From: an uncultured bacterium
GTDB taxonomy: Bacteria; Babelota; Babeliae; Babelales; Vermiphilaceae
Assembly: GCA_963695335.1 (NCBI GenBank)
Contig: OY968764.1
Location: forward strand, 896,001-960,000
Length of the DNA: 64,000 bases
Reading direction: 5' to 3'
The notes below the pieces were generated by a model that saw nothing but the letters and a program-made list of their open reading frames with translations, did not search any database and had not been told where the DNA came from. The translations under genes and the position numbers were made by a program. This document shows, piece by piece, positions 1 to 8,745 of the stretch (its first letter is position 1; each line of letters opens with the position of its first letter).

Positions 1-690
1 AACTCAGCGCCAAAAGCATTTCAGCAACAACGTTTTTATGTTCCTAAGATTACCAGTCAAGAGAAGATGAGAGAGTTACAATTTAATCGGCAATATCTAT
101 TTGAGCAAGTTATTGAGGTCGATGATGTTGAGGTGGCAGGGATGTTGATGGGAAAATTTGGATTGAATGTTTATGATGATTTAATAGAAATAGCCCAATC
201 TCCTGAGATGCTACGATTTCTTGAAGAGTATGGTTGTGATATTCGTAAGATAGATGATAGCCATGGTGGGAATTATTTACATAAAATCATTTCGGATGAA
301 GGTAGAGAAGATACAGAATTCACAAAAGATTTTTTTATAAAATATGCTCTTGATAAAGGAGTTAATCCGCATGCAGTAGATAATTTTGGTGAAAATTTGT
401 GGCATAAGTTACTGACGCGACCGTTTACAGTTAGTCACGAAGAGACGCATTTGCTAGATCGTGCAAGATTATTACGTTCATTGTATGTTAATCCTCATCA
501 TAAAGATGAGCATGGAAGAAGTGCAATAGAGTTGGTGCAAGGTAGAATGCATGATTTGGAAGAGACAAAAAAGAGATGTGAATCCTATACGTACACTTAC
601 GAAGATGCTGTTTCTCAACTAAAAACATATCACAAGTTATTAAAAATTATGAATAGCGAAGATTGTAATCAAAGAGAAAGTGCTTTATAA
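1..690 (+). CDS. Ankyrin-repeat-like protein, 5' end outside window
   Basis: Frame is open from base 1; ankyrin-like turns GGNYLH, GVNPHAVDNFGENLWH, DEHGRSAIE. Confidence 0.65.
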   Translation, partial: NSAPKAFQQQRFYVPKITSQEKMRELQFNRQYLFEQVIEVDDVEVAGMLMGKFGLNVYDDLIEIAQSPEMLRFLEEYGCDIRKIDDSHGGNYLHKIISDEGREDTEFTKDFFIKYALDKGVNPHAVDNFGENLWHKLLTRPFTVSHEETHLLDRARLLRSLYVNPHHKDEHGRSAIELVQGRMHDLEETKKRCESYTYTYEDAVSQLKTYHKLLKIMNSEDCNQRESAL

Positions 691-1133
691 ATCGCTGAGC
701 TCGAGAAGTTTTCGATTATATCAGTTACGATAACAAGCTGTGCGCCAATTGCGTCAGCTTGTTTTTGTTTGTTGCTTTGTTGAGGATCGTTATTAGTTAT
801 TGCAATGATGTTCGGTTTGATATTTTTCACTAATGCTAGGTAATCATCAAACCCATTCAGTTGAGGCAGCATAATGACGTGATCAACAGAGTGTAGTGCT
901 AATAAGTTGTGTGCACGTTCTTTTTGTGTATGTACCGGTGTTCTCTGTTTATAATTGATAATCCGCTCATCTGGTTCAAGAGCTACGATGACATAATCAC
1001 CAATTCCTTTTGCTTTTTGTAGAAACTGTATGTGTCCAAAATGGAGTATATCAAAACAACCGCCAACAAGGACAATTTTTTTATTCGGAAGAGTTAAAAT
1101 AGTTTGGGTAGGGTCATAGTATTGATAATTCAT
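669..1133 (-). CDS. HIGH-motif cytidylyl/adenylyltransferase (TagD/RfaE/RibL-like)
   Basis: GGCFDILHFGH, ER, SSSAI motifs. Confidence 0.85.
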   Translation of the reverse strand: MNYQYYDPTQTILTLPNKKIVLVGGCFDILHFGHIQFLQKAKGIGDYVIVALEPDERIINYKQRTPVHTQKERAHNLLALHSVDHVIMLPQLNGFDDYLALVKNIKPNIIAITNNDPQQSNKQKQADAIGAQLVIVTDIIENFSSSAIYKALSL

Positions 1134-1247
1134 TCTTTAAACGTAATCTATTTGTTTATTTTGATCAATTAAATTGAGTTTTTTATATATCCATGTACTA
1201 TTTCTGAAACATTTATTTATACAATCAAATAATAAAAAGAGGTGTAA

Positions 1248-2108
1248 ATGGAATTCGTGCGAGTTTATGTAAATATTATTACATTATTTGCGTTATTTAG
1301 TGTTGTGCAAAATTATGCAGAAGGATTTGCAGCTGGAACATTGGTAAAGGTTCCTAATGGGTATGAAAGGATAGAAGATTTAAAAGTTGGCGATGTAGTT
1401 ATTTGTTGGGATGACACACACAATTTTGTTGAGAGACCAATTTGTTATGTTGCAAGAAAATCAATACCTCATTATGTATCTGTTGCGATAGATGATGAAT
1501 TTTTAGAGCTTTCTGCAAACCAGCAGCTGTATGATACAGCAACTGCATCATGGATTATGGTTTCAGATTTTGATAATGCTCTCATAAAGTTTAAAGAAGA
1601 ATCTGTTGATGTTTATGTAATAACTGTTGGGCAATATCACAATTTTTTTGTATCAAAAGCAGATATTTGTGCACATAATTTTATTCCTGCCATTGTTGCA
1701 GGAATATCTTTTTTATTTGGATCTGGCGTTGAAATTGCAGGTGTTAGTTGTGGTTTAGCTTCATTGGGCACTTATGTTGGGTATAAATGGCATAAAAATA
1801 AACAGGGTAGTGTTGAAGTAGGTTGTATTTCAATTGATAATTTGCAAGCAGATGATCTTTATAACAGTAATGATGCACAGGCACCAGGCATGCCAACAGA
1901 AAAAGATGGCTATCATCCGCCTAAAAATTGGGATGGGAAAAAAGTGAAACATCCAAGAAATGGTACTGTTGGATGGCCGGATGATAAGGGTAATGTATGG
2001 GTTCCTACGGGAGTTGGACCTAAAGCACATGGAGGACCTCATTGGGATGTTCAACATCCAAATGGTAAAGATTATGATAATGTTTATCCTGGTGGTAAAG
2101 TAAGGTAG
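1248..2108 (+). CDS. Secreted Hint-domain polymorphic toxin with C-terminal putative RNase (Ntox37-like)
   Basis: Signal peptide; GFAAGTLV...IEDLKVGD...HNFFV...AHN Hint; hydrophobic segment; tip GWPDDKGNVWVPTG...HGGPHWDVQ. Confidence 0.8.
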   Translation: MEFVRVYVNIITLFALFSVVQNYAEGFAAGTLVKVPNGYERIEDLKVGDVVICWDDTHNFVERPICYVARKSIPHYVSVAIDDEFLELSANQQLYDTATASWIMVSDFDNALIKFKEESVDVYVITVGQYHNFFVSKADICAHNFIPAIVAGISFLFGSGVEIAGVSCGLASLGTYVGYKWHKNKQGSVEVGCISIDNLQADDLYNSNDAQAPGMPTEKDGYHPPKNWDGKKVKHPRNGTVGWPDDKGNVWVPTGVGPKAHGGPHWDVQHPNGKDYDNVYPGGKVR

Positions 2109-2128
2109 TATACATAGGGAAATTAAAT

Positions 2129-2398
2129 ATGGGTTCAGGAATCATTTTGAGATGTTCACCGTTGCGATTTTATACAAATACTGATGAAACATTGTTTTTT
2201 AATTGGCTTAAAAAAATTAAGTCTATTGTGCATGTTGAAGGAATAGGTAGAGAATTACATTTAAGTTTCGCATCTAATAATATACCAAGCAAAGATTTAC
2301 GTGAACTTATGGGATTGTTTGATAGGTATAAATTTGATAATACTCAGCTTAAAGTATTTATGAATGAGGGTAATAAGGATTGGTTTGAAGAAGTCTAA
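2129..2398 (+). CDS. Putative cognate immunity protein
   Basis: 89-aa ORF 20 nt downstream of the toxin, same strand. Confidence 0.65.
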   Translation: MGSGIILRCSPLRFYTNTDETLFFNWLKKIKSIVHVEGIGRELHLSFASNNIPSKDLRELMGLFDRYKFDNTQLKVFMNEGNKDWFEEV

Positions 2399-2410
2399 AG
2401 AGTTATATAT

Positions 2411-3055
2411 ATGCTTAAAAATGTTTTGTATTTTGGTTCAAAGTCGCAATCGCGACGTATGCTTCTAGAAGAATCACAGATCCCTTTTACTGTTGTTGGT
2501 CAAAATGCTGATGAATCGCAATGCGATTGGGGATTGCCGTTGCCACAATTGGTTCTGAGCATTGCATTGCATAAGATGGATCATGTTGTGCTGCCCGATG
2601 GTAAACATGAAGGTGAGGTATGCTATGTGCTCACTGCTGATACCATGTCGCATGATAAAATGGGTATAATTCATGGCAAACCAGTTGATAGAGCTGATGC
2701 AATTGCAAAAATAAGAGCAAGTGCGCAAGGCTCTTTTTTATGCACTGCGTTTTGTGTGGATAGAAGGGTATGGCGCCCAGTCCGCCGAAGCCTTGATGAA
2801 GGAGGAAAAAATAATGTTTGGGTTGTTGATGAAAGAATTACGGATGTAGTTTCTGCTGAATTTATATTTTATGTACCAGAAAGTTGGATTGATATTTATC
2901 TTGAACATACACCATTCTTGGACGTGTCTGGTGGAATGGCGATTGAAAAGTATGGTAATCAATTTTTGAAAAATGTACAAGGGTCATATTCAACCATTAT
3001 TGGATTACCACTTTTTGAAGTGCGTGAGGCGCTTGAGAAGTTGGGATTTTTTTAG
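2411..3055 (+). CDS. maf: Maf family nucleoside triphosphate pyrophosphatase with in-frame repeat insertion
   Basis: GSKSQSRR, ADT, HGKP, GSYSTIIGLP motifs. Confidence 0.9.
   Translation: MLKNVLYFGSKSQSRRMLLEESQIPFTVVGQNADESQCDWGLPLPQLVLSIALHKMDHVVLPDGKHEGEVCYVLTADTMSHDKMGIIHGKPVDRADAIAKIRASAQGSFLCTAFCVDRRVWRPVRRSLDEGGKNNVWVVDERITDVVSAEFIFYVPESWIDIYLEHTPFLDVSGGMAIEKYGNQFLKNVQGSYSTIIGLPLFEVREALEKLGFF
2777..2806. repeat. 30-nt palindromic repeat (type B) inserted in maf, encoding PVRRSLDEGG
   Basis: CCAGTCCGCCGAAGCCTTGATGAAGGAGGA; 24/30 identical to reverse complement of 42454-42483. Confidence 0.7.
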
Positions 3056-3057
3056 AA

Positions 3058-3100
3058 AAGTGCGCTTGAATTCTTCAACAAGTTCAGAATGAGCGCACTT
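3058..3100. repeat. Truncated type A palindromic repeat between convergent genes (may serve as terminator)
   Basis: AAGTGCGCT...TTCTTCAACAAGTTCAGAATG-AGCGCACTT; core also at 14451-14477. Confidence 0.75.
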
Positions 3101-3152
3101 ATATTTTATGATGGGGTCCCCAATTTTGAGTGAAATGAAAATTGGGGTTTAA

Positions 3153-3620
3153 TTAATGGATGTTGCCTTTAGTAATAGGCTTCCATTGCTTAAGAAATTC
3201 TTTACACAGCTGCTCTTTTGCATTCATGTGTGGGTTGTGATCAAGTTTTTTTGTTGTGTTTTCTATGCTCGATCGTAATGTTTCATTATCCAAAAGTGAT
3301 GAATCAAAATGATCGATTGTAGGAAGTAAGTTTTTTTCTCGTGCTTTTTGTTCTACATGAGTATTAATAGCCTCGCCAAGAAGTATTTCAAGCAGTTCAA
3401 AGAAATCAACAATGCCGTGGTGCATTTCTTCCAGTATATTGGGGTCAGACACGGTTGTAGCTTTTTGTATACTATCATGCAATCCATGCGCAACGGCCTT
3501 GGATATAATTTTCTTCAATTTGTCAGTATCATGTTGTCCAAGCCATCTTAATAAATGGAGCAGTTCATACGAAAGTGCGAATTGTGAATTGTTGTCATGA
3601 GAAAATGAATCATTATTCAT
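3153..3620 (-). CDS. Hypothetical protein
   Basis: 155-aa ORF with AAGG RBS; no recognised motif. Confidence 0.7.
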   Translation of the reverse strand: MNNDSFSHDNNSQFALSYELLHLLRWLGQHDTDKLKKIISKAVAHGLHDSIQKATTVSDPNILEEMHHGIVDFFELLEILLGEAINTHVEQKAREKNLLPTIDHFDSSLLDNETLRSSIENTTKKLDHNPHMNAKEQLCKEFLKQWKPITKGNIH

Positions 3621-3754
3621 ACTATGCCTTTCGTGATTGAGGACTAATCATACACCTTACTTATTTTGAATTTGCACTATTGAACGTTATTTTTAAAACA
3701 TTTTTTTAAAGTTGGTGTAATTACTGTATACTTTAAAGCTCCAGGATTATTTTT

Positions 3755-4234
3755 TTAGTCTTCGTATTCTATTTCCCAGTTATCAACGTCCACAGTACTA
3801 TCTTGTTCTTTATGGTTGGCTTGTTTTTTGACTGGAACATCTGCGTTTACTTCTTTTTCACCTTTGTGTTTAAGTTGTAAAAGTCGCTGATAACTACTTT
3901 GAACCATCTCTTTTGATTTTTCATTTTCTTGATCAAGTTCATGCTGAGTTGATTCAAAGATTTTGTTCATCTCACTTTGCATCTTTTTGATTTGCTTTTT
4001 AAGGCGCAGAATCATTTCAACACCGGCTAAGTTAATTCCCATTTCATGGGTGAGGTAAATTACTTCCTCTAACTGATCAATGTCCTCTTCAGAAAAAAGC
4101 CGTGTATTGCCTGATGAACGTTTAGGGTTAATAAGACCTTGCTTTTCATAGAGGCGTACTGTTTGCTGATGAACAGAAAACATTTTAGCAACGGCTGAAA
4201 TAGAGAAAAAACCTTTTTTTCTTCGAACTTTCAT
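3755..4234 (-). CDS. hspR: MerR-family heat-shock repressor HspR
   Basis: SISAVAKMFSVHQQTVRLYEKQGLINPKR...GINLAGVEMIL; HAIR-like site upstream of dnaK. Confidence 0.8.
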   Translation of the reverse strand: MKVRRKKGFFSISAVAKMFSVHQQTVRLYEKQGLINPKRSSGNTRLFSEEDIDQLEEVIYLTHEMGINLAGVEMILRLKKQIKKMQSEMNKIFESTQHELDQENEKSKEMVQSSYQRLLQLKHKGEKEVNADVPVKKQANHKEQDSTVDVDNWEIEYED

Positions 4235-4393
4235 TATATATACCCAAAAAAAGAGCTCTAAATATCGCTTTCATTACACTAGCCGATACTTTAGTATACC
4301 ATACAATTTTTTGCAAATCAGCTTGAACCTAGCTTTTTGTAGTAATATCTTTGTAAATTGACAAGTGGTAATACCATTTTTAAAGGGGGGAAC

Positions 4394-5536
4394 ATGAATA
4401 GTAAGAGATATGCAATGATTAATGGTCTTTTGGCGCTCGTCCTGAGCCTGTCGAAGGATATCCTTGAGCGCTCGAAGAAATCCTTCAACAAGTTCAGGAT
4501 GAGCGCGGGATATTTTTTTATCATTTTTTTCATAATAAATCCGCCGGTGCAAGCGGCGCTAGCTCCATATATTCCTTCTTATGACGATCGTTATGAAGAA
4601 GATATGCAGCAAGCGCGTGGTGATAAAGATTATTTTAAAGAGCCTGATGATGGGTTGAATTATGCGCAATATCATTATGTTGGCGCTCATTCAGCAGAAA
4701 AATATCCACGTTTTTTCCCTCCAACATCTGCTTTGCAAGATCAACCAATACCGGGATTATTAGCTACTGGTGTGCGCGGTCTGATGTTTACAACCTTTGA
4801 TTGGTCGTTAAGTTGGTCATCAATTTTAAAAGATGGTAGAAGTGTTGTTTTATCGTATCCAAAAGAAGAATCAACCGTGTTTCAAAAGAATGGTAAGCCA
4901 CTCTATCAGACGCTACATTATGAAATGAATCGTATTTTTAATTTTCTTAAATCTCATCCCAAAGCAATTATTACTATTTTGTTTGAAGATTATGCTGAGC
5001 CAGACAAAATGGTGCGGGATATGAGAGGAATTCTTATGAAGAACAGTTATGATCCAATTTTACGCCCGTCCGATTGGGCCGCTGCACAACAAAAGGGTGA
5101 ATGGCCAACGTTGGGTTGGATGCGCAAGAATAACAAAAGATTAATTATGTTTACTCAAGTTAATGAAAATCACACAGAGTTTACGTGGCCAGAAAAGAAT
5201 TATTTTTGGAAAAATATGACGGGGACTATGAATAAAGATATTGCATGTAATGAAGAGCAACATGCAGCACCGGAACCTTATGAGCCACATCGATCATTAG
5301 TGAGTTTTGGATGTTATGGCAATCCATCAATTACTCCTAATAAAAGAAACTGTTTGTCTTATGATGCAGTTAAAGATTTGACATCAGTGTGCCAACAAAA
5401 AGGTTTTGCCAAAGGTAAACTGTTTAATGGATATTGGGCTGATTTTATTATCAGCATTGTAAACGGTTTGGTAAGAGATAAGACAAAAACAGTGTTTGAT
5501 TATGTGAATGAATTAAACGTGCTGAAGCGCAAGTAG
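4394..5536 (+). CDS. Secreted PI-PLC-like phosphodiesterase (PLC X domain)
   Basis: RBS AAAGGGGGG before MNSKR; GAHSA, GVRGLM, IITILFED, WPTLGWM...RLIMF motifs. Confidence 0.75.
   Translation: MNSKRYAMINGLLALVLSLSKDILERSKKSFNKFRMSAGYFFIIFFIINPPVQAALAPYIPSYDDRYEEDMQQARGDKDYFKEPDDGLNYAQYHYVGAHSAEKYPRFFPPTSALQDQPIPGLLATGVRGLMFTTFDWSLSWSSILKDGRSVVLSYPKEESTVFQKNGKPLYQTLHYEMNRIFNFLKSHPKAIITILFEDYAEPDKMVRDMRGILMKNSYDPILRPSDWAAAQQKGEWPTLGWMRKNNKRLIMFTQVNENHTEFTWPEKNYFWKNMTGTMNKDIACNEEQHAAPEPYEPHRSLVSFGCYGNPSITPNKRNCLSYDAVKDLTSVCQQKGFAKGKLFNGYWADFIISIVNGLVRDKTKTVFDYVNELNVLKRK
4433..4506. repeat. Type A palindromic repeat read through in-frame in the PLC-like gene's N-terminus
   Basis: GCGCTCGTCCTGAGCCTGTCGAAGGAT ... 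ATCCTTCAACAAGTTCAGGATGAGCGC inverted arms. Confidence 0.85.
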
Positions 5537-5615
5537 AATAAATATATTGCGTCAGAAGAGTCGCTTATTTTAGGCTTGATGTGAAGATTATGCACTCAGC
5601 CTAAAGGAAAATAAT

Positions 5616-7310
5616 ATGAAAAAATTTTTTATGTATGTAATAGCTGGTGTTGCTTTTTTATGCTCTGCAGATTTACTTTGTTTTGGAAAAAAGACAGTTT
5701 TTGGAATTCGTTCACAAGGGTTAGATGGTGTGCTTGAACTGACCAATTGGCAGCAGCTGATTTATAAATATGATCAAGATTATAATTATGGTACTATCGC
5801 TGGTGCAGTAAAATATACACGTTCAATTGAATCACAAAAAATATCTGATTTTTTATTTGGAGGATGTAAACTCAGTTTTTCTGGTAGTAAAGCACAACGT
5901 CAAGAAGGTGATATTTTAGCAGATTATTTTGGGTTACCCGTTGATTTTTCGAGCACTGTTTATTTTTCGCCACATGTGAGTAATACCATTGTAGATTTTA
6001 ACTGGTTCCAGGCATTTGATGGGTATTTGCCTGGTTTATTTATTATGATCCATGTGCCTGTTGTTCAAACAAAATGGAATTTGTATATGTGTGAAAATAA
6101 TATTAATCCAGGAACAGCGTTTTATCCTGCAGGGTATATGAGTAATGCAAATATTCCTGCCGTAAATTTACCGCATAGTGTTACGCAAGCAATGCAAGGC
6201 TTTACCATGTTTGGTGATATGGATATACCGCTTAAATATGGTAAAATTTTTGGTGTGCAAACTCGTTGTAGAGTTGCAGAAATACAAGGAACATTGGGAT
6301 GGAATTATAATCAACCGTGGTATCATGTTGGTGTGAATTTTAGAGTAGGTGCGCCAACAGGTAATGCAACAACTGCAGAATTTTTATTTGAAGAAATTGT
6401 AGGGAACCGTCATCATTGGGATGTTGGTGGTGGAGTTTCTGCGCACGTGTATATGTGGGAAAATAAAGAAGCAGGAAGACGTGTAGCATTGTATCTTGAT
6501 GCACATGTTTCACATCTGTTTACATCGGAACAAAAACGTTCTTTTGATTTTACCGCCAACGGTAATGGGAGTAGATATATATTATTAGAAGAGATAGAAA
6601 GTCCTTCAAAAAATCTTCTTATTAATGGTGCAGCACCAACAAACCAATATATTGGGAATTTGGTTCCTGCAATTAATCACACAACGTTTGATGCAAAAAT
6701 AAGTATTGGAGTGCAAACTGATATTGTATTAAAACTTGCATATCAGCATGATGGTTTTGAAATTGATCTAGGGTATGATTTTTGGTACAACAGCAAAGAA
6801 AAATTGCATTGTCGCGATACATTTGTAGAGAATAGATATGGCATTAAAGGCGATGCACAGATTTATGGATTTGCTACAGATAACAGTTCAGTTGCATTGA
6901 ATGCTACGCAAAGCAAAGCAACTATTTTGGGTGGACAAGGCGCTGGCAATGGTAATTATCAAAATGTAAATGCTGATAACCAACCCGCAGCAGCTTCAAC
7001 AGCGGCAGGGATTCTTAATCAGTTAAATGCAGCAGATGCGGCAATGTTGAATATCCCACAAGCACAAGTTAATGGTTCTAATCCTGCAATTTTACTGAAA
7101 GATAGTGATATTAATGTTGAATCTGGATTATTGCCACGCGCATTATCGCACAAAGTATTTGGTTACATCGGTGGTGTGTGGGATAACAGAGATGATCTTG
7201 ACCCTTATTTGGGAATTGGTGTTTCTGGTGAATTTGCCAATACTAATCCTTGCGATAATGCAATGTGTTCACAGTGGGCTGTGTGGGTTAAAGGTGGGGT
7301 TGCGTACTAA
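5616..7310 (+). CDS. Putative outer-membrane beta-barrel protein
   Basis: Signal peptide, amphipathic aromatic strands, C-terminal QWAVWVKGGVAY. Confidence 0.65.
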   Translation: MKKFFMYVIAGVAFLCSADLLCFGKKTVFGIRSQGLDGVLELTNWQQLIYKYDQDYNYGTIAGAVKYTRSIESQKISDFLFGGCKLSFSGSKAQRQEGDILADYFGLPVDFSSTVYFSPHVSNTIVDFNWFQAFDGYLPGLFIMIHVPVVQTKWNLYMCENNINPGTAFYPAGYMSNANIPAVNLPHSVTQAMQGFTMFGDMDIPLKYGKIFGVQTRCRVAEIQGTLGWNYNQPWYHVGVNFRVGAPTGNATTAEFLFEEIVGNRHHWDVGGGVSAHVYMWENKEAGRRVALYLDAHVSHLFTSEQKRSFDFTANGNGSRYILLEEIESPSKNLLINGAAPTNQYIGNLVPAINHTTFDAKISIGVQTDIVLKLAYQHDGFEIDLGYDFWYNSKEKLHCRDTFVENRYGIKGDAQIYGFATDNSSVALNATQSKATILGGQGAGNGNYQNVNADNQPAAASTAAGILNQLNAADAAMLNIPQAQVNGSNPAILLKDSDINVESGLLPRALSHKVFGYIGGVWDNRDDLDPYLGIGVSGEFANTNPCDNAMCSQWAVWVKGGVAY

Positions 7311-7335
7311 AAATTTATCAGAAATTTTATACCCC

Positions 7336-7381
7336 CCGTTCGTCCTGAGTGTTTTTGCAAAGCAAAAATGTATCGAAGGAT
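7336..7381. repeat. Type A repeat arm variant with internal hairpin
   Basis: CCGTTCGTCCTGAG-TGTTTTTGCAAAGCAAAAATG-TATCGAAGGAT between convergent genes. Confidence 0.7.
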
Positions 7382-7397
7382 GCAGAATTGGATAATT

Positions 7398-8495
7398 CTA
7401 AATATTAAGCATATTCTTAATATCCATAATCTTCTTAACATGCACATCTATTTCTTGTTCTGTGATGCGTTGATCTGCAATTGCTTGTTTGATTGCAACA
7501 ACGGCAGCAGGAACATCAACAGGAGAGAGTAGGATATCATTGCCCGCTAGTAAAGCTTGCAGCTCTGCTTGACCATTTTTGTAATTATTCGTGATGCCTT
7601 GCATATCAAGGCCATCGGTAATAATAAGTCCTTTAAAGCCTAACTCTTTTTGTAGTAAATCAGTGACTATTTTTTTTGATACAGTTGAAGGAGTTTTTTG
7701 TGTATCTTCAAATGCAGGAACTTCAAGATGTCCCACCATGATTGCAGAGATATTATTTTTGATCAGTTCTTTGAATGGGTGTAATTCAATTGCATGTAAT
7801 CGTTTAGCCTCATGCAAAATCAGTGGCAAATCGTAATGTGAATCAACATTGGTGTCACCATGACCAGGAAAATGTTTTGCGCATGCAATGATTCCTGCAT
7901 TTTCTAATCCTTGTGCAAATGCAATTGCATGTTGTGCAACCAATTCAGGATCATCACCAAATGAACGGTCATTAATCACAGGATTATTGGGATTATTATT
8001 AACGTCAGCAACGGGTGCAAAATTAATATGCACACCTAATGTTTTGCAGTATTTTCCGATTGCACTTGCAGTGCTGTATGTCATATTTATCTCATCGCGT
8101 TCGCCAAGCGTCTGATTATCAAAAAAGCATTCCATTTGTGGTAAACGTGATATTCCAACTCTACCTGGTTCCAAATCTTGTCCGATCAATAGTGGTAATT
8201 TTGATATGTTTTGAAAATATTTGGTTCTCTGTTTTTGCTTTTCTGAATCACTTTTTCCCAAATAAATAATACCGCCTATGTGATAATCTTTGATGAGTGT
8301 TTCAATGTATTCTTTATCCATGCGGTATGTTTTTTTTGCTAAAAAATCTTTTGCAATTTCTTCATCAGCAACTGCAGCAACCATAAAAAGTTGACCAATT
8401 TTTTGTTCCAATGTGAGGTTGTTAACAGATGTCTCCATTGGATGAATGAGTGAAGTTATGGCAAAAAATGATGCAAACATAAGATATTGTTTCAT
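7398..8495 (-). CDS. nagZ: GH3 beta-N-acetylglucosaminidase (NagZ-like), secreted
   Basis: KHFPGHGDTNVDSH, RSFGDDP, ITDGLDM. Confidence 0.85.
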   Translation of the reverse strand: MKQYLMFASFFAITSLIHPMETSVNNLTLEQKIGQLFMVAAVADEEIAKDFLAKKTYRMDKEYIETLIKDYHIGGIIYLGKSDSEKQKQRTKYFQNISKLPLLIGQDLEPGRVGISRLPQMECFFDNQTLGERDEINMTYSTASAIGKYCKTLGVHINFAPVADVNNNPNNPVINDRSFGDDPELVAQHAIAFAQGLENAGIIACAKHFPGHGDTNVDSHYDLPLILHEAKRLHAIELHPFKELIKNNISAIMVGHLEVPAFEDTQKTPSTVSKKIVTDLLQKELGFKGLIITDGLDMQGITNNYKNGQAELQALLAGNDILLSPVDVPAAVVAIKQAIADQRITEQEIDVHVKKIMDIKNMLNI

Positions 8496-8507
8496 AAAAT
8501 TCTCCCC

Positions 8508-8645
8508 GCGCTCGTCCTGAGCCTGTCGAAGGATATCTTCGAGCGCTTAATTCTTCAACCTGCCTTTGCCAAGGCTATGGCAGGCACGGCAAGTTCTCAA
8601 GGCAGGTGTTTACTAGTGAGCCTGTCGAACTATCAGAATGAGCGC
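8508..8645. repeat. Composite nested palindromic repeat
   Basis: Type A arms; right arm interrupted by CTGCCTTTGCCAAGGCTATGGCAGG and a second GAGCCTGTCGAA unit. Confidence 0.8.
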
Positions 8646-8745
8646 AAGAGAATATAAAGACAGGAATAGGAATTGTATAGAAAATTAATTCAATTATTAA
8701 GTATGCTTTTTTGTGTGAAAATCTGTTTTTAATATAGGGGGATAT

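Noticed and set aside
1248..2108. True self-splicing intein
   Set aside because: Lacks Cys/Ser1, block-B His and a +1 nucleophile, and has no host extein context
4274..4552. Minus-strand ORFs containing AHPELVEG / SFDRLRTS
   Set aside because: Alternative translations of the type A repeat overlapping the PLC-like gene
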